Assembly: GCA_902524545.1 (NCBI GenBank)
Contig: CABZDW010000004.1
Location: forward strand, 6,988 to 70,987
Direction of reading: 5' to 3'
Origin: an uncultured Pelagibacteraceae bacterium
Lineage (GTDB): Bacteria; Pseudomonadota; Alphaproteobacteria; Pelagibacterales; Pelagibacteraceae
DNA length: 64,000 nucleotides
Part shown: positions 1 to 14,839 of the stretch, one piece after another
Position numbering within the stretch: position 1 is the first letter of the stretch
Layout: every line of letters starts with the position of its first letter
Translations under genes and position numbers: made by a program
Notes under the pieces: model-generated
What the model saw: only the letters and a program-made list of their open reading frames with translations
Databases searched by the model: none
Told to the model about the DNA's origin: nothing

Positions 1-675
1 GAGAATTTTCATAAACTCGGATGAAATTTCTTTATCCATACCAGGTGTTATGTGATCCAAAAACTCAACCACTTCTACTTTTGCACCAAGTCTTGACCAC
101 ACTGACCCCATCTCTAAGCCGATATATCCTCCACCAACAACAACCATTTTATTTGGCACTTTTTCTAATTTTAAAGCTCCAGTTGATGAAACTATTATTT
201 TTTCGTCTATTTCAACACCTGGTAAAGACACTGGAACAGATCCGGTGGCTATAACTGTTTTTTCAGTTTGAATTATTGTTTCTCTTTTTTGATCATCTTT
301 TATTAAGATTTCATTATTTGATTTAAAACTACCATGCCCCTTAAAGTAGGTGACTTTGTTTTTTTTTAAAAGAAATTCTACACCTTTTGTAAGAACAGTG
401 ACTGCTTTATCCTTGCTCTTCATCATCTTATCAAGATTTAGTTTCACTTCTCCTATTTCAATACCTTTATTTGCCAAACCCTTAACTTTGTGAAATTCCT
501 CAGACAAATTAAGTAAACTTTTAGAGGGGATACAACCAATATTCAGGCATGTGCCACCAAGAGATCCTCTTGACTCTATGCACGCAGTTTTTAATCCAAG
601 TTGGGCAAGTCTTATTGCGCAAACATAACCTCCTGGGCCACCTCCTATAACAACTGCTTGAAATTTTTCTGACAT
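1..675 (-). CDS. lpdA: Dihydrolipoamide dehydrogenase E3 (5' part; runs off the window)
   Basis: Not in ORF track. Manual translation from ATG at 675 gives MSEKFQAVVIGGGPGGYVCAIRLAQLG...GGTCLNIGCIPSK (FAD-binding motif and redox disulfide); directly after sucB. Confidence 0.96.
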   Translation of the reverse strand, partial: MSEKFQAVVIGGGPGGYVCAIRLAQLGLKTACIESRGSLGGTCLNIGCIPSKSLLNLSEEFHKVKGLANKGIEIGEVKLNLDKMMKSKDKAVTVLTKGVEFLLKKNKVTYFKGHGSFKSNNEILIKDDQKRETIIQTEKTVIATGSVPVSLPGVEIDEKIIVSSTGALKLEKVPNKMVVVGGGYIGLEMGSVWSRLGAKVEVVEFLDHITPGMDKEISSEFMKIL

Positions 676-676
676 C

Positions 677-2002
677 CTAAATATCCAAAAATAACCTTCT
701 AGGGTCCTCAAGACATTCTTTAATCATTTTAAGAAAAGATACGGACTCTTTGCCGTCAATAATTCTATGATCATAAGATAAAGCTAAATACATTACTGGT
801 CTTATCTTAATTTCACCGTCCACTACAAATGGTCTATCAACAATATTATGCATCCCTAATACTCCAGATTGTGGCAAGTTTAGAATTGGAGTTGAAAGCA
901 TTGACCCATAAACTCCTCCATTGCTAATAGTAAAAGTACCTCCTTGAAGATCTTCAATTACAAGTTTTCCATCTTTTGCTTTTTCAGAAATTTCTTTAAT
1001 ATTTTTTTCAATGTCTGCAAAAGATAATTCATCTGCACTTTTTAAAACTGGAACTACGAGACCTTTGTCTGTTCCAACTGCAAAACTTATGTTGTAATAA
1101 TTTTTGTAAACAATTGTATCCCCATCTATTTCAGCGTTAACAGCTGGAAAATTTTTTAAGGCCACTATACAAGCCTTAACAAAAAATGACATAAAACCTA
1201 GCTTGACACCATATCGATTTTGAAAGTCCTCTTGATTTTCTTTTCTCATTTTCATTATATTTGTCATATCCACTTCATTAAAAGTAGTGAGTAAGGCTGC
1301 ATTTTCCTGTGCTTGCTTTAGTCTTTTAGCTATAGTTTGCCTTAACCTAGTCATTTTAATACGCTCTTCTTGACCGTATTTAATTTTTCTTTCTGATGGT
1401 GAAGGATTAACTCCCATCAAACTTATTAGGTCACCTTTAAGAATTCTACCATCTTTTCCAGATCCTTCTACAGACTTAATGTCAATATTATTTTCACTCA
1501 CGATTTTTCTTACAGCTGGGGATAATTTTTGACTTACTTGATTAGAATTTTCTTCTATTTTACTATTTTTTATTTCCTTTGTTAAAACAAGTGGCTCCTC
1601 TTTAACCTCATTGCTATTAATATTTTCCTCAAATATATCTAATTCAGCTTGGTCTTTAATTGGATCCAATTTTATCACATTGTCATTTTCTTTGGTTTCA
1701 CCATTTTTCTGTTGGTTTGAGGGCTGAATTTTTTTTATTTCATTTAATTTTTTAATTTCTCCTTCAACTTCAGTGACTACCCCTAAAACTTCTCCCACTT
1801 TTACAGTTGACCCATCTTTAGAGTTAATTTCACTTAATTTTCCTGTAACAGGTGACGGTACCTCCAAATTAACTTTGTCAGTCTCTAGTTCGACAATAGG
1901 CTCATCAGCATCAACAGTTTCTCCTTTATTTTTTAACCATTTAGATACTGTTGCCTCTGTGATACTTTCACCTAAGGCTGGAACTAATATTTTCTCAATC
2001 AT
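677..2002 (-). CDS. sucB: 2-oxoglutarate dehydrogenase E2, dihydrolipoyl succinyltransferase
   Basis: Lipoyl motif ELETDKV, E3-binding [12 protein letters not shown], catalytic DHRIIDG. Confidence 0.97.
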   Translation of the reverse strand: MIEKILVPALGESITEATVSKWLKNKGETVDADEPIVELETDKVNLEVPSPVTGKLSEINSKDGSTVKVGEVLGVVTEVEGEIKKLNEIKKIQPSNQQKNGETKENDNVIKLDPIKDQAELDIFEENINSNEVKEEPLVLTKEIKNSKIEENSNQVSQKLSPAVRKIVSENNIDIKSVEGSGKDGRILKGDLISLMGVNPSPSERKIKYGQEERIKMTRLRQTIAKRLKQAQENAALLTTFNEVDMTNIMKMRKENQEDFQNRYGVKLGFMSFFVKACIVALKNFPAVNAEIDGDTIVYKNYYNISFAVGTDKGLVVPVLKSADELSFADIEKNIKEISEKAKDGKLVIEDLQGGTFTISNGGVYGSMLSTPILNLPQSGVLGMHNIVDRPFVVDGEIKIRPVMYLALSYDHRIIDGKESVSFLKMIKECLEDPRRLFLDI

Positions 2003-2008
2003 TATAAA

Positions 2009-4882
2009 TTATTCAAAAACTTTCTTTATAATTTCTTGCTGTTGAGAGACATGTCTTTTTGCATATCCTGTTGCTGGTGATGCATCTGGACTTCTTCCAA
2101 TATAAGAAACTACTTTATTATTAGCCTTAATATAATCTAAAGTCCATTGGATATAATCTCTGACAGAAAACCAGGCTCCCATGTTTTGGGGTTCCTCTTG
2201 ACACCAATAAAATTGAGCATTTTTAGCATAAACCTTAAGCTCTTTTGCAAGACTTTTTGCGGGGAAAGGATAAAGTTGTTCAATTCTGAAAAATAAAATA
2301 TCGTCAGCTTTTAATTTTTCTCTAGCCTCTAATAAATCAAAATATATTTTGCCTGAGCATAAAACAACTTTTCTTATTTTTTTTGGTTTTTTTAATTTGA
2401 TAAAACCTTTACTTTTTGGGTCAATTGCATGATCCCATAAAAATCTATGGAAAGAATTTTGTTTACCAAAATCATTTAAGTTCGACACACAATTTTTATG
2501 TCTTAGTAAAGATTTGGGTGTCATAATAACTAAAGGTTTTCTAAAATCTCTGTGCATTTGTCTTCTTAGTGCATGAAAATAGTTTGCTGGAGTAGTACAA
2601 TTTACTACCTGCATATTATCATTAGAGCACAACTGTAAAAACCTTTCTAGTCTTGCTGAAGAATGTTCAGGTCCTTGACCTTCATAACCGTGTGGTAATA
2701 ACATCACTAATCCAGATGCTCTAGACCATTTTCTTTCTCCTGAGGCTATGAATTGATCAATGACTACTTGGGCACCATTTGCAAAGTCACCAAATTGTGC
2801 TTCCCAGATTGTAAGTGTGTTTGGTTCAACTAAACTATAGCCATATTCAAAACCTAAAACCGCTAACTCTGATAAAAAACTATCAACTATCTCAAAATTT
2901 TTTTGACCCTTGGATATTTTATTTAAAGGTATATAACGGGAATTGTCTGTTTGATTTCTTAAAACAGAATGTCTTTGACTAAATGTACCTCTTCCCGAGT
3001 CTTGACCAACTAATCTTACAGGATATCCCTCATCAAGTAATGAACCAAATGCTAAAGCCTCAGCCGTTGACCAGTCAATTCCATTTTCTTTCTTAACAAC
3101 TAATTTTCTATTCTCTAGAACTTTAGAAATGGTTTTGTGAACATTAAATTCTTCCGGAATTGTATTGATTTTATTTGATATATCTCTCAGTTTATCAATA
3201 TCATAACCAGTGGCACCTTTTTTGTCTTTCCCTCTGTCAGGTTTGTATCTTGACCATGTCCCCTCAAACCATTCAATTTTCGGTTTATAATCTTTTGCAT
3301 TTTTATATTGGTCATCAAGCAATTCTTTAAATTCTTTGATTAAATTTTTTAAATAATCTTCAGTAATTGATCCCTCTTGAATTAACTTTTCACCATAAAC
3401 TTTTACAGCTGTTGGATGTGAACGAATTTTTTTATACATCAATGGTTGAGTGAAAGACGGTTCGTCCCCCTCATTATGACCAAATCTTCTATAACAAATT
3501 AGGTCAACTACAACATCTCTATTGAATTTTAATCTAAAGTCCATTGCTATTCTTGCAGCATAAACGACAGCCTCAGGGTCATCACCGTTAACGTGAATTA
3601 TTGGTGCTTCAACCATTTTTGCAATATCTGAAGGGTAGGGAGATGACCTTGCAAATCGTGGACTGGTCGTAAAACCTATTTGGTTATTTACTACAATGTG
3701 AATAGTTCCACCAGTATTATGTCCTGGCAATCCTGACATTGCAAAACACTCAGCGACCACGCCTTGACCTGCAAAAGCTGCATCTCCATGAATTAATATC
3801 GGTATTACTTTCTTTCTCTCTTTATCTTTATGAAAATATTGTTTTGCTCTTGTCTGTCCTAAAACTACTGGATTGACTGCTTCAAGATGAGATGGATTAT
3901 CGGTCAGACTTACATGCACAGAATTTCCATCAAATTCTCTATTTGATGAAGCACCTAAATGATATTTCACATCTCCGGTATCATCCTCAGAATTTGAATT
4001 AATTTCTCCAGCAAATTCGTTAAAAATTCTTTTATAGGATTTTTGTAAAACATTAGCCAACACATTTAATCTACCTCTATGAGACATACCTATTTTGACT
4101 TCTTTTATTTGTGACTGACCACCTATTTTGATTATTTGTTCAAGCGCTGGAATTAAGCTTTCACCTCCATCAAGACCAAATCTTTTTGAACCAACATATT
4201 TGGTGTGTAAAAATTTTTCAAAACCTTCAGCTTGAATTAATTTTTTAAGAATTGCCTCTTTTCCATTTTGAGTAAATTTAAAATCTTCAGCTTTTTCTAC
4301 TCTATCTCTAAACCATTTTCTCTCAGTTGGATTTGAGATATGCATATATTCATAACCTAAAGGACCGCAATATTTATCTCTTAAAAATTTTAAAATTTCA
4401 GAAATATTGGAATATTGTTTGTTAATAACTCCGTCTAAAAAAATTTTATTATTATATTCCTCTTTTTTAAATCCGTAAGACTCTGGATGAAGTTCATCTA
4501 AATAGTCTGACTCACGAAGACCCAGTGGATCCAATTTAGCAATTAAATGTCCTCTTTGCCTATAAGACCTTATCATAGCAACAGCATTGATTGAATTAGC
4601 GTTAGATTCTCTTGAAACTAATTCGTCTTGTTTATGATCTCCATTAATTAATTTTTGCACTTCATTTATTGAGACTTTTTTGGATGGACTCCATGATGGA
4701 CCATTTATTTCATTTACGACTTCATCTGCTTGATCCCCAATTTCACTAAAATACTCTCTCCAGCTATCTGGTAATGATGTATCTTTATTTATAAACTTTA
4801 GATACATTTCTTCAATAAATGTACTATTAGATTTGCTTAAAAAAGCAGTTTTTTTGAATTCAAGATTTTTACTAGAAGACAT
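2009..4882 (-). CDS. sucA: 2-oxoglutarate dehydrogenase E1
   Basis: GMSHRGRLN, HGDAAFAGQG ThDP motif, WEAQFGDFANGAQ. Start moved to ATG 4882 (MSSSKN) to avoid overlapping sucD. Confidence 0.97.
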   Translation of the reverse strand: MSSSKNLEFKKTAFLSKSNSTFIEEMYLKFINKDTSLPDSWREYFSEIGDQADEVVNEINGPSWSPSKKVSINEVQKLINGDHKQDELVSRESNANSINAVAMIRSYRQRGHLIAKLDPLGLRESDYLDELHPESYGFKKEEYNNKIFLDGVINKQYSNISEILKFLRDKYCGPLGYEYMHISNPTERKWFRDRVEKAEDFKFTQNGKEAILKKLIQAEGFEKFLHTKYVGSKRFGLDGGESLIPALEQIIKIGGQSQIKEVKIGMSHRGRLNVLANVLQKSYKRIFNEFAGEINSNSEDDTGDVKYHLGASSNREFDGNSVHVSLTDNPSHLEAVNPVVLGQTRAKQYFHKDKERKKVIPILIHGDAAFAGQGVVAECFAMSGLPGHNTGGTIHIVVNNQIGFTTSPRFARSSPYPSDIAKMVEAPIIHVNGDDPEAVVYAARIAMDFRLKFNRDVVVDLICYRRFGHNEGDEPSFTQPLMYKKIRSHPTAVKVYGEKLIQEGSITEDYLKNLIKEFKELLDDQYKNAKDYKPKIEWFEGTWSRYKPDRGKDKKGATGYDIDKLRDISNKINTIPEEFNVHKTISKVLENRKLVVKKENGIDWSTAEALAFGSLLDEGYPVRLVGQDSGRGTFSQRHSVLRNQTDNSRYIPLNKISKGQKNFEIVDSFLSELAVLGFEYGYSLVEPNTLTIWEAQFGDFANGAQVVIDQFIASGERKWSRASGLVMLLPHGYEGQGPEHSSARLERFLQLCSNDNMQVVNCTTPANYFHALRRQMHRDFRKPLVIMTPKSLLRHKNCVSNLNDFGKQNSFHRFLWDHAIDPKSKGFIKLKKPKKIRKVVLCSGKIYFDLLEAREKLKADDILFFRIEQLYPFPAKSLAKELKVYAKNAQFYWCQEEPQNMGAWFSVRDYIQWTLDYIKANNKVVSYIGRSPDASPATGYAKRHVSQQQEIIKKVFE

Positions 4883-4916
4883 TATCGTTATTAATATAAA
4901 CCTACAAAGAATTTTT

Positions 4917-5792
4917 TCAATTAGACAATTTATTAAATAATGTATTTCCAATTTTTGATGGGGAGTTAGCCATAATAATTCCACAATCTTCCATTTTTTT
5001 TATCTTGTCTTTAGCAGCACCTTTACCTCCTGAAATTATAGCTCCAGCATGGCCCATTCTTCGTCCAGGTGGAGCTGTGACGCCAGCAATAAATCCAACA
5101 ATCGGCTTTTTTATTTTGTGATTATTAACAAAATCTGCAGCCTCTTCTTCTGCAGTACCTCCAATTTCACCTATCATTAAGATTGATTGGGTATCATCAT
5201 CGTTTAAGAACAAGTCCAAACAATCTATAAAATTTGTACCATTAATGGGATCGCCACCTATTCCAATACATGTTGATTGTCCAAGTCCATTTTCTGTTGT
5301 CTGGGCCACTGCTTCGTAAGTTAATGTGCCTGATCTTGATACAATCCCAACAGTTCCCTTTTTATGAATATTGCCCGGCATTATTCCAATTTTACATTCA
5401 TCAGGTGTTATAATTCCTGGGCAATTAGGACCAATCAACCTACACTTTGAATTATTAAGTTTTTGTTTAACTTTAAGCATATCCTGAATAGGAATTCCTT
5501 CAGTTATACATACAATAAGTTCAATAGATGCATCAATTGCCTCAATTATTGCTGCAGCAGCAAATTTTGCAGGGACATAAATCATTGTTGCATTAGCACC
5601 TTCGGACTCTTTTGCTTCTTTTACTGTATTAAAAACTGGACGACCTAAATGTTTTTGACCACCTTTTTTTGGTGTAACACCTCCGACTAGATTTGTTCCA
5701 TATTTTATTGCTTGGTCGGAATGGAATGTCCCATGAGAACCTGTAAATCCTTGACAAATCAATCTTGTACTTTTATTAACCAAAACTGACAT
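4917..5792 (-). CDS. sucD: Succinyl-CoA synthetase alpha subunit
   Basis: QGFTG, GPNCPG, phospho-His motif MGHAGA. Confidence 0.97.
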   Translation of the reverse strand: MSVLVNKSTRLICQGFTGSHGTFHSDQAIKYGTNLVGGVTPKKGGQKHLGRPVFNTVKEAKESEGANATMIYVPAKFAAAAIIEAIDASIELIVCITEGIPIQDMLKVKQKLNNSKCRLIGPNCPGIITPDECKIGIMPGNIHKKGTVGIVSRSGTLTYEAVAQTTENGLGQSTCIGIGGDPINGTNFIDCLDLFLNDDDTQSILMIGEIGGTAEEEAADFVNNHKIKKPIVGFIAGVTAPPGRRMGHAGAIISGGKGAAKDKIKKMEDCGIIMANSPSKIGNTLFNKLSN

Positions 5793-6951
5793 TACTTAAT
5801 TACCTCTACAATTTTTTTCGCAGCATCATCTAAGTTTTCAGCAGAAATTAGCTCTAAACCTGAATTATCTAATATCTCCTTACCTTCCTTAAAATTCGTT
5901 CCAGCTAATCTAACAACTAAAGGGACATTTATTTTCATTTCTTTTGCGGCATCTACAACTCCTTGCGCAAGAACATCACATCGCATTATACCACCAAAAA
6001 TATTGATTAATATTCCCTTAACATTTTCATCGGACAAAATTATCTTCAGAGCAGCTGAAACCTTTTCTTTAGACGCTCCTCCACCCACATCTAAAAAATT
6101 TGCTGGCTCTTCTCCATATAATTTAATTATATCCATCGTTGCCATTGCTAAGCCAGCCCCATTTACCATGCAACCAATACTTCCGTCTAACTTAATATAA
6201 GCTAGATCATGTTTGCTTGCTTCAATTTCGGCAGGATCTTCCTCATTTAGATCTCTTAATTCTAAAATTTCTGGATGCCTAAAGAGAGAATTGCTGTCAA
6301 AATTTACCTTTGCATCTAAACATACAATCTTTTTTTCTTTAGTTAGTATTAATGGGTTTATTTCGACCATATTTGCATCTGTTTCGATAAACATTTTATA
6401 AATTGATTTAATTAAAGATATTGTTTCTTTTTTAGAGTTTTCATCTAATTTAAAAATTTGAGTGATCTTTTCGCATTCTTCATATGAAATTTCTTTTTTT
6501 AATTCTATTTTAGTAGTTAAAATTTTATCTGGTGACTTGATTGCTACCTCCTCAATATCCATGCCACCTTGATCACTAGAAATAAAAGCAATTTTTGAAG
6601 AAGCTCTATCTACCAAACAAGATAAATAAAACTCTTTTTCAATATTTGATGATACCTCTACATATAATCTTTTTACTTCTCTTCCTTCGGGTCCTGTCTG
6701 ATGAGTAACTAATTTTTTACCTAGTAGTTCTTTAGCTGATACTTCAAGTTCTTTGAGATTATCTAAGATTTTAACACCACCAGCTTTTCCTCGCCCACCT
6801 GCATGAATTTGGGCTTTTAAAACATATTTTTCTGTTTTTAATGACTTACATTTTTCTAAGAGCTCTTCAACTGTAAAACCAAATACACCTTCTGGAACAA
6901 TCGCTCCAAATTTTTTTAAAATTTGTTTAGCTTGATGCTCGTGTATATTCA

Positions 6952-6952
<1 letters not shown>
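5792..6952 (-). CDS. sucC: Succinyl-CoA synthetase beta subunit
   Basis: [44 protein letters not shown]. Confidence 0.97.
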
Positions 6953-9415
<2,463 letters not shown>

Positions 9416-9457
9416 GAATACGATCTTTTAGAGTAAAAAATCTTATTAGTCTATTGT

Positions 9458-10237
9458 TTAAATATTAGCTGTTGCTAACATTTTTTTTATTTCAGCAATT
9501 GCTTTTGCAGGATTTAATCCTTTTGGACACGCACTTGTGCAGTTAAGAATTGTATGGCAACGATATAATTTAAGTTCATCGGCTACTTTTTTAAGTCTTG
9601 CCTGTCTTTCCTCATCTCTACTATCTATTATCCATCTATATGCTTGTAATAAAACCGCCGGGCCTAAATACTTATCACCATTCCACCAATAACTTGGGCA
9701 TGATGTAGAGCAACACGCACACATAATACACTCATATGCACCATCTAACTTTGCTCTATCTTCTTTGGATTGAAAAATTTCAGTAACTTCAGATTTTGAA
9801 CTAGATTTCAGCCAAGGTTCAATTGATTGGTATTGTTTATATAATCCATCTAGATCTCCAATTAGGTCTTTTTTAACTTTTAAATGAGGTAATGGATAGA
9901 TATCAATGTCTCCATCTATATCTGCGTGCGGAGTCGTGCAAGCCAAACCATTTTTTCCAGCCATATTCATTGCACAAGAGCCGCACACACCATGCGCACA
10001 TGATCTTCTATAAGCGAGAGTGGGGTCGATTTCATTTTTAATTTTATTTAAAACATCTAACACTTTCGAAGGACAATTGTCCATATCGACTTCGTAGGTA
10101 TCAATTCTCGGATTTTCTCCTGAAGACGGATCCCATCTGTAAACATTTACCTTTTTTAAATTTTCTGAGCCCGTCTTATCTTTAAAATATTTACCTTTTT
10201 TTATTTGAGACTTTTCAGGTAAACTGATTTGTACCAT
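9458..10237 (-). CDS. sdhB: Succinate dehydrogenase iron-sulfur subunit
   Basis: [34 protein letters not shown] Fe-S motifs. Confidence 0.97.
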   Translation of the reverse strand: MVQISLPEKSQIKKGKYFKDKTGSENLKKVNVYRWDPSSGENPRIDTYEVDMDNCPSKVLDVLNKIKNEIDPTLAYRRSCAHGVCGSCAMNMAGKNGLACTTPHADIDGDIDIYPLPHLKVKKDLIGDLDGLYKQYQSIEPWLKSSSKSEVTEIFQSKEDRAKLDGAYECIMCACCSTSCPSYWWNGDKYLGPAVLLQAYRWIIDSRDEERQARLKKVADELKLYRCHTILNCTSACPKGLNPAKAIAEIKKMLATANI

Positions 10238-12012
10238 TAATAAACTCTTTCCTGAGGTGGAAAATATTGTACTTCATTAGTTAATGTAGATTTATGAACG
10301 TCTCTATAACTTATTTTGGTATTCTTTCCATCACACCAAGCTAGAGTATGTTGCATAAATTTATTATCATCTCTTTTTGGATAATCTTCCCTGGCATGTG
10401 CGCCTCTGCTTTCTTTTCTATTATAAGCAGAGTCAACAGTTACTACTGCTTGTCTAATTAAGTTATCAAATTCCAGGGTCTCAACTAAATCAGTATTAAA
10501 TATTAAAGATTTATCCTTAACAGATAAAGAATCTATACCATCAAACGTTTTTTTAATTTCATCAACGCCTTCTTTAAGTGTCTTTTCTGTTCTGAATACG
10601 GCACATTTTGATTGCATAGTCTTCTGCATAGACAATCTTAATTCAGCAGTGCCAACATTTCCTTGAGAATTTCTAATTTTATCAAAACGGTCTAAACATT
10701 TTTGTGTTTCTGACTCATTAATTTCTTCATGTGGCATACCAGGTTTAATTAATTCTGCTGCTCTTTTTGCAGCAGCTCTTCCAAAAACAACAAGATCAAT
10801 TAAAGAATTAGAGCCTAGCCTGTTAGCTCCATGAACTGAAACACAGGCAGCCTCTCCGATAGCCATTAGTCCAGGGACTATTTTTTCTGAACCATTTACA
10901 GTTAATACCTCTGCTTTATAATTAGTTGGAATACCACCCATATTATAATGAACAGTTGGTACAACTGGTATTGGTTCCTTAGTAACATCAACATTAGCAA
11001 ATAATCTTGCTGCATCTGTTATACCTGGCAATCTACTTTCTATTATTTCTTTATCCAGGTGGTTTAAATTCAAATGAACATGATCTTGATCTTTTCCAAC
11101 ACCTCTGCCCTCATTAATTTCAATTGACATAGATCGACTAACAACATCTCGGGATGCTAAATCTTTAGCATTAGGGGCGTATCTTTCCATAAATCTTTCT
11201 CCTTTAGAATTTGTAAGATATCCTCCTTCGCCTCTTGCACCCTCTGTTATTAAAGTTCCATGACCATAGATTCCTGTGGGATGAAATTGTACAAACTCCA
11301 TATCTTGTAGTGGTAAGCCTGCCCTCAAAACCATTGCATTTCCATCCCCTGTACATGTATGTGCTGATGTCGCTGAATAATATACTTTACCATATCCTCC
11401 AGTGGCTATAATTACAGTATGAGATCTAAATCTATGAATTGTTCCATCGTTTAAGTTCCAAGCAATTAAGCCTTTGCACTCTCCATCTTTCATTAATAGA
11501 TCTAAAGCAAAGTATTCAATAAAAAATTCAGTTCTGTGTTTCAAAGCTTGACCATAAAGTGTGTGTAAAATTGCATGCCCAGTTCTATCTGCTGCTGCAC
11601 AAGTTCTCTGGACTATTCCATTTCCATAATTTTTTGTCATTCCTCCAAAAGGTCTCTGATAAATTTTTCCATCATCTGTTCTACTAAAAGGAACACCATA
11701 TTTTTCTAATTCGATTACGGCTTTAGGAGCTTCTTTACAAAGATATTCAATACTATCTTGATCACCTAACCAATCTGCACCCTTTACAGTATCATACATG
11801 TGCCATCGCCAATCATCCTCGCCCATATTCCCAAGAGCAGCTGAGATTCCTCCTTGAGCAGCAGAGGTATGACTTCTAGTTGGAAATACTTTTGAAATAC
11901 ATGCAGTTTTTAATCCTGCCTCACTTAAGCCAACTGCGGCTCTTAAACCTGAGCCTCCTGCTCCCAAGACAACTACATCGTATTCGTGATCAATTATTTT
12001 ATATGAACTCAT
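10237..12012 (-). CDS. sdhA: Succinate dehydrogenase flavoprotein subunit
   Basis: [16 protein letters not shown] covalent FAD His, [11 protein letters not shown]. Confidence 0.98.
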   Translation of the reverse strand: MSSYKIIDHEYDVVVLGAGGSGLRAAVGLSEAGLKTACISKVFPTRSHTSAAQGGISAALGNMGEDDWRWHMYDTVKGADWLGDQDSIEYLCKEAPKAVIELEKYGVPFSRTDDGKIYQRPFGGMTKNYGNGIVQRTCAAADRTGHAILHTLYGQALKHRTEFFIEYFALDLLMKDGECKGLIAWNLNDGTIHRFRSHTVIIATGGYGKVYYSATSAHTCTGDGNAMVLRAGLPLQDMEFVQFHPTGIYGHGTLITEGARGEGGYLTNSKGERFMERYAPNAKDLASRDVVSRSMSIEINEGRGVGKDQDHVHLNLNHLDKEIIESRLPGITDAARLFANVDVTKEPIPVVPTVHYNMGGIPTNYKAEVLTVNGSEKIVPGLMAIGEAACVSVHGANRLGSNSLIDLVVFGRAAAKRAAELIKPGMPHEEINESETQKCLDRFDKIRNSQGNVGTAELRLSMQKTMQSKCAVFRTEKTLKEGVDEIKKTFDGIDSLSVKDKSLIFNTDLVETLEFDNLIRQAVVTVDSAYNRKESRGAHAREDYPKRDDNKFMQHTLAWCDGKNTKISYRDVHKSTLTNEVQYFPPQERVY

Positions 12013-12014
12013 TT

Positions 12015-12332
12015 CTAAATAATCAATATAATTGTAATTAATGGAATTGCTACAGCTGAAGCATATAAAAGCTTATTTGCGACATTTTTGATTTTATCAT
12101 CTTTAATATAATCCTCAAAAACCTCACTAATACTTAAAGCTGAGAAAAAGTAAGCATTAATAATAAAGATACTAAACAAAAATTTGGAAAGTGGATTTGT
12201 GAAAAAAGCTATTAAATTTGAGTAGTCTTGGTCATAGATCTTTATTAAATTTAAAATAAACCATATCATTAATGGAATTAAAAGAGCTCCACTTATTTTT
12301 AAAAAAATCCATTTTTTTGTTGCAGTTATCAT
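12015..12332 (-). CDS. sdhD: Succinate dehydrogenase membrane anchor subunit
   Basis: Three hydrophobic helices, VFEDYI motif, between sdhC and sdhA. Start taken at ATG 12332, abutting the sdhC stop. Confidence 0.88.
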   Translation of the reverse strand: MITATKKWIFLKISGALLIPLMIWFILNLIKIYDQDYSNLIAFFTNPLSKFLFSIFIINAYFFSALSISEVFEDYIKDDKIKNVANKLLYASAVAIPLITIILII

Positions 12333-12333
12333 C

Positions 12334-12717
12334 TTAAACAAAACTCTTTCCTATTATAAAAAAAATTATAGTTAATATTACTGAACCAAAAATTACTATT
12401 AGTCCTGATATCTTAGTTGTCTTAAGATCAAATCCATAACCAAAATCCATAATCAAGTGTCTAATTTCACTCAGAATTTGAAATGAAAATGACCATGTAA
12501 TTCCTAAAATAATAAATTTTCCAACTGTTGAGTCTAATAATAAATCAATAGTTTCATGTTTACTTCCACTAAGAAACATTAAAGAAATTAATAAACAAAT
12601 TAGAGAAATTGCAATAATGTTTATTATACCTGTTATCCTGTGAGAGATAGAAACTAAAGATGAAATTTGCCATCTATATACCTGGATATGTGGAGATAAA
12701 GGAGGTTTATTTTCCAT
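12334..12717 (-). CDS. sdhC: Succinate dehydrogenase cytochrome b556 subunit
   Basis: PLSPHIQVY, SISHRITG, IRHLIMD. Confidence 0.93.
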   Translation of the reverse strand: MENKPPLSPHIQVYRWQISSLVSISHRITGIINIIAISLICLLISLMFLSGSKHETIDLLLDSTVGKFIILGITWSFSFQILSEIRHLIMDFGYGFDLKTTKISGLIVIFGSVILTIIFFIIGKSFV

Positions 12718-13714
12718 AAAAATTATTTTTAATTAATGTTTCAGCTATTTCAACTGCGTTTAAAGCTGCACCTCTTAAAAGATTATCAGAAACAATCCAT
12801 AAGTTTAATCCATTTTCAATAGTTTTGTCTTCTCTAATTCTTGAAATAAATGTTTCATTTTTTCCCTCTGCCTCTAGTGGAGTTGTGTATCCACCATCAA
12901 CTCTCTCGTCAACAACTTTACAGCCTTCAAAATTGTTTAGTACATCTCTTACTTTTTTTAAAGAAAAAGATTTTTCAAATTGAAGATTCACTGACTCTGA
13001 GTGAGAAACTGAAATTGGTAATCTTACACATGTTGCTGTAAGGTCAATTTTATTATCTAAAATTTTTTTAGTCTCATTTGTCATTTTCAATTCCTCTTTT
13101 GTATATCCATCATTTGAAAAATCATCAATATGCGGAATTGCATTAAACGCTATTTGCTTTGTAAAATTTTTAGATTTTATGTTTTTACTATTTAAAACTG
13201 ATTGAGTTTGTGCAAATAATTCATCCATTGATGCTTTGCCAGCTCCCGAAACTGACTGATAGGTGGAAACAACTATTCTTTTAATTACAAATAGATCATG
13301 TAATGGTTTTAAGGCAATAACTAGTTGTGCTGTTGAACAATTTGGATTTGCAATAATATTTTTTTTTAAATCTTTTAAATCATCTGCATTAACTTGAGGA
13401 ACCACTAAAGGAACATCTGGGTCCATCCTAAAAAAACTTGAGTTGTCAATTACCAAGCAATACTTTGCTGCTTTTGCCACAAATTTCTCTGAAACTTTGG
13501 CTCCTGCGGCAAAAAAAGCGATCTTAACTTTTGAAAAATCGAAATTTTCCAAACTACAGACCCTTATTTCTTTTTCTTTAAATTTAATTTTTTTTCCATC
13601 ACTTTTTGTTGATGCAACTAAATAAAGTCCATCAATTGAAATTTCTTTTTTTTCAAGAACTTCTAAAATTTTTCTCCCAACATTTCCTGTTGCTCCTACA
13701 ATTGCAATATTCAT
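12707..13714 (-). CDS. asd: Aspartate-semialdehyde dehydrogenase
   Basis: GATGNVG, IANPNCST, DNLLRGAALNAV. Confidence 0.96.
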   Translation of the reverse strand: MNIAIVGATGNVGRKILEVLEKKEISIDGLYLVASTKSDGKKIKFKEKEIRVCSLENFDFSKVKIAFFAAGAKVSEKFVAKAAKYCLVIDNSSFFRMDPDVPLVVPQVNADDLKDLKKNIIANPNCSTAQLVIALKPLHDLFVIKRIVVSTYQSVSGAGKASMDELFAQTQSVLNSKNIKSKNFTKQIAFNAIPHIDDFSNDGYTKEELKMTNETKKILDNKIDLTATCVRLPISVSHSESVNLQFEKSFSLKKVRDVLNNFEGCKVVDERVDGGYTTPLEAEGKNETFISRIREDKTIENGLNLWIVSDNLLRGAALNAVEIAETLIKNNFYGK

Positions 13715-13729
13715 GATGTAACTTTTACA

Positions 13730-14839
13730 CTAAATGAAAGGTAAATCGCAAATTTTTCCAACAAATATTTTTTCACCAATATCTATCTTAAATTGGGTTT
13801 TGGCATCCCAATAGGGTTTATTAATCATTGCAATACCTATAACTTTTTTGAATGTTGGAGAATATGCTGCAGATCTCACGTAACCCACTATATTATTTTC
13901 GTCATCTAGTAATGTCTTTTCACAATACATATCAATTTTATCGTGATCAATTTTTACTCCCATTAATTTTCTTTCAATTCCCACTTGTCGAATTTTTTTT
14001 AATTTTTCTTTTCCTATAAAATCAATATCACTGTCTAAATTTATAAACTTATCAAAATTTGCCTCAAAAGGATTATCTCTATTATCAAAGTCATTACCGT
14101 ATGATAAAAGTGCTGACTCTATTCTCTCGATTAAATTTGGGCATCCAGCTCTTACATTAAATTCTTTACCTAGTTCAAATAAATAATCATATAAATCTTG
14201 ACCAGCCAGATTATCTTCAACGTAAATTTCAAAACCACTTTGTTTTGACCAGCCAGATCTGGCAACAAAATATTGTCTGTCTTTAAATTCTAAATACTCA
14301 AAATTAAAGAATTTTAATTCTCTAATTTTCTCACCAAATAATTTTGCCATTAAATCATCTGATGAAGGTCCTTGTACTGCAAGAATATTTACATTTGGTT
14401 CGCTAATTTCAACTTCAAGTTTTTTTCCAGCTGCAAGCCCTTTTGCAAAGAAAATTACATCTGAGTCCGCAATAGACAACCACCACTTATCATCTGCTAA
14501 TTTATTTATAATTGGGTCATTTACTAAAAAACCTTCATGATCTACCAAAGGTGCGTAATAACATCTACCTACTTTTGAATTAGACAAATCTCTACATGTC
14601 ATTAATTGAACTAACTTAGCAGAGTCTTTTCCAGAGATTTCAACTTGTCTTTCTGCTGCAACATCCCATACTTGTACAAATTTTTTTAAATGGTGATAAT
14701 CAGACTCTAAAGACTTAAAAGAAGCTGGTAATAACATGTGGTTATAAACTGTATAACTGCTAACTCCATGAGCCTCAATTCTATCAGTATAAGGCGTGCT
14801 TCTTAATCTTCTTGATTTAACAATTGGAAAATTTCTCAT
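13730..14839 (-). CDS. dmdA: Dimethylsulfoniopropionate demethylase (GcvT family)
   Basis: [46 protein letters not shown]; recognisably the Pelagibacter DmdA sequence, clustered with dmdB/dmdC-like genes. Confidence 0.92.
   Translation of the reverse strand: MRNFPIVKSRRLRSTPYTDRIEAHGVSSYTVYNHMLLPASFKSLESDYHHLKKFVQVWDVAAERQVEISGKDSAKLVQLMTCRDLSNSKVGRCYYAPLVDHEGFLVNDPIINKLADDKWWLSIADSDVIFFAKGLAAGKKLEVEISEPNVNILAVQGPSSDDLMAKLFGEKIRELKFFNFEYLEFKDRQYFVARSGWSKQSGFEIYVEDNLAGQDLYDYLFELGKEFNVRAGCPNLIERIESALLSYGNDFDNRDNPFEANFDKFINLDSDIDFIGKEKLKKIRQVGIERKLMGVKIDHDKIDMYCEKTLLDDENNIVGYVRSAAYSPTFKKVIGIAMINKPYWDAKTQFKIDIGEKIFVGKICDLPFI

Noticed and set aside
4883-4984. N-terminal extension of sucA in the track (likewise ffh 25337, rplS 22740, and ORFs at 57707 and 61214)
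   Set aside because: Extensions overlap neighbours or leader RNA, or precede the recognisable N-terminus; downstream starts fit better.
13730-14839. Glycine cleavage T protein
   Set aside because: No gcvH/gcvP nearby; sequence and neighbours match DmdA.
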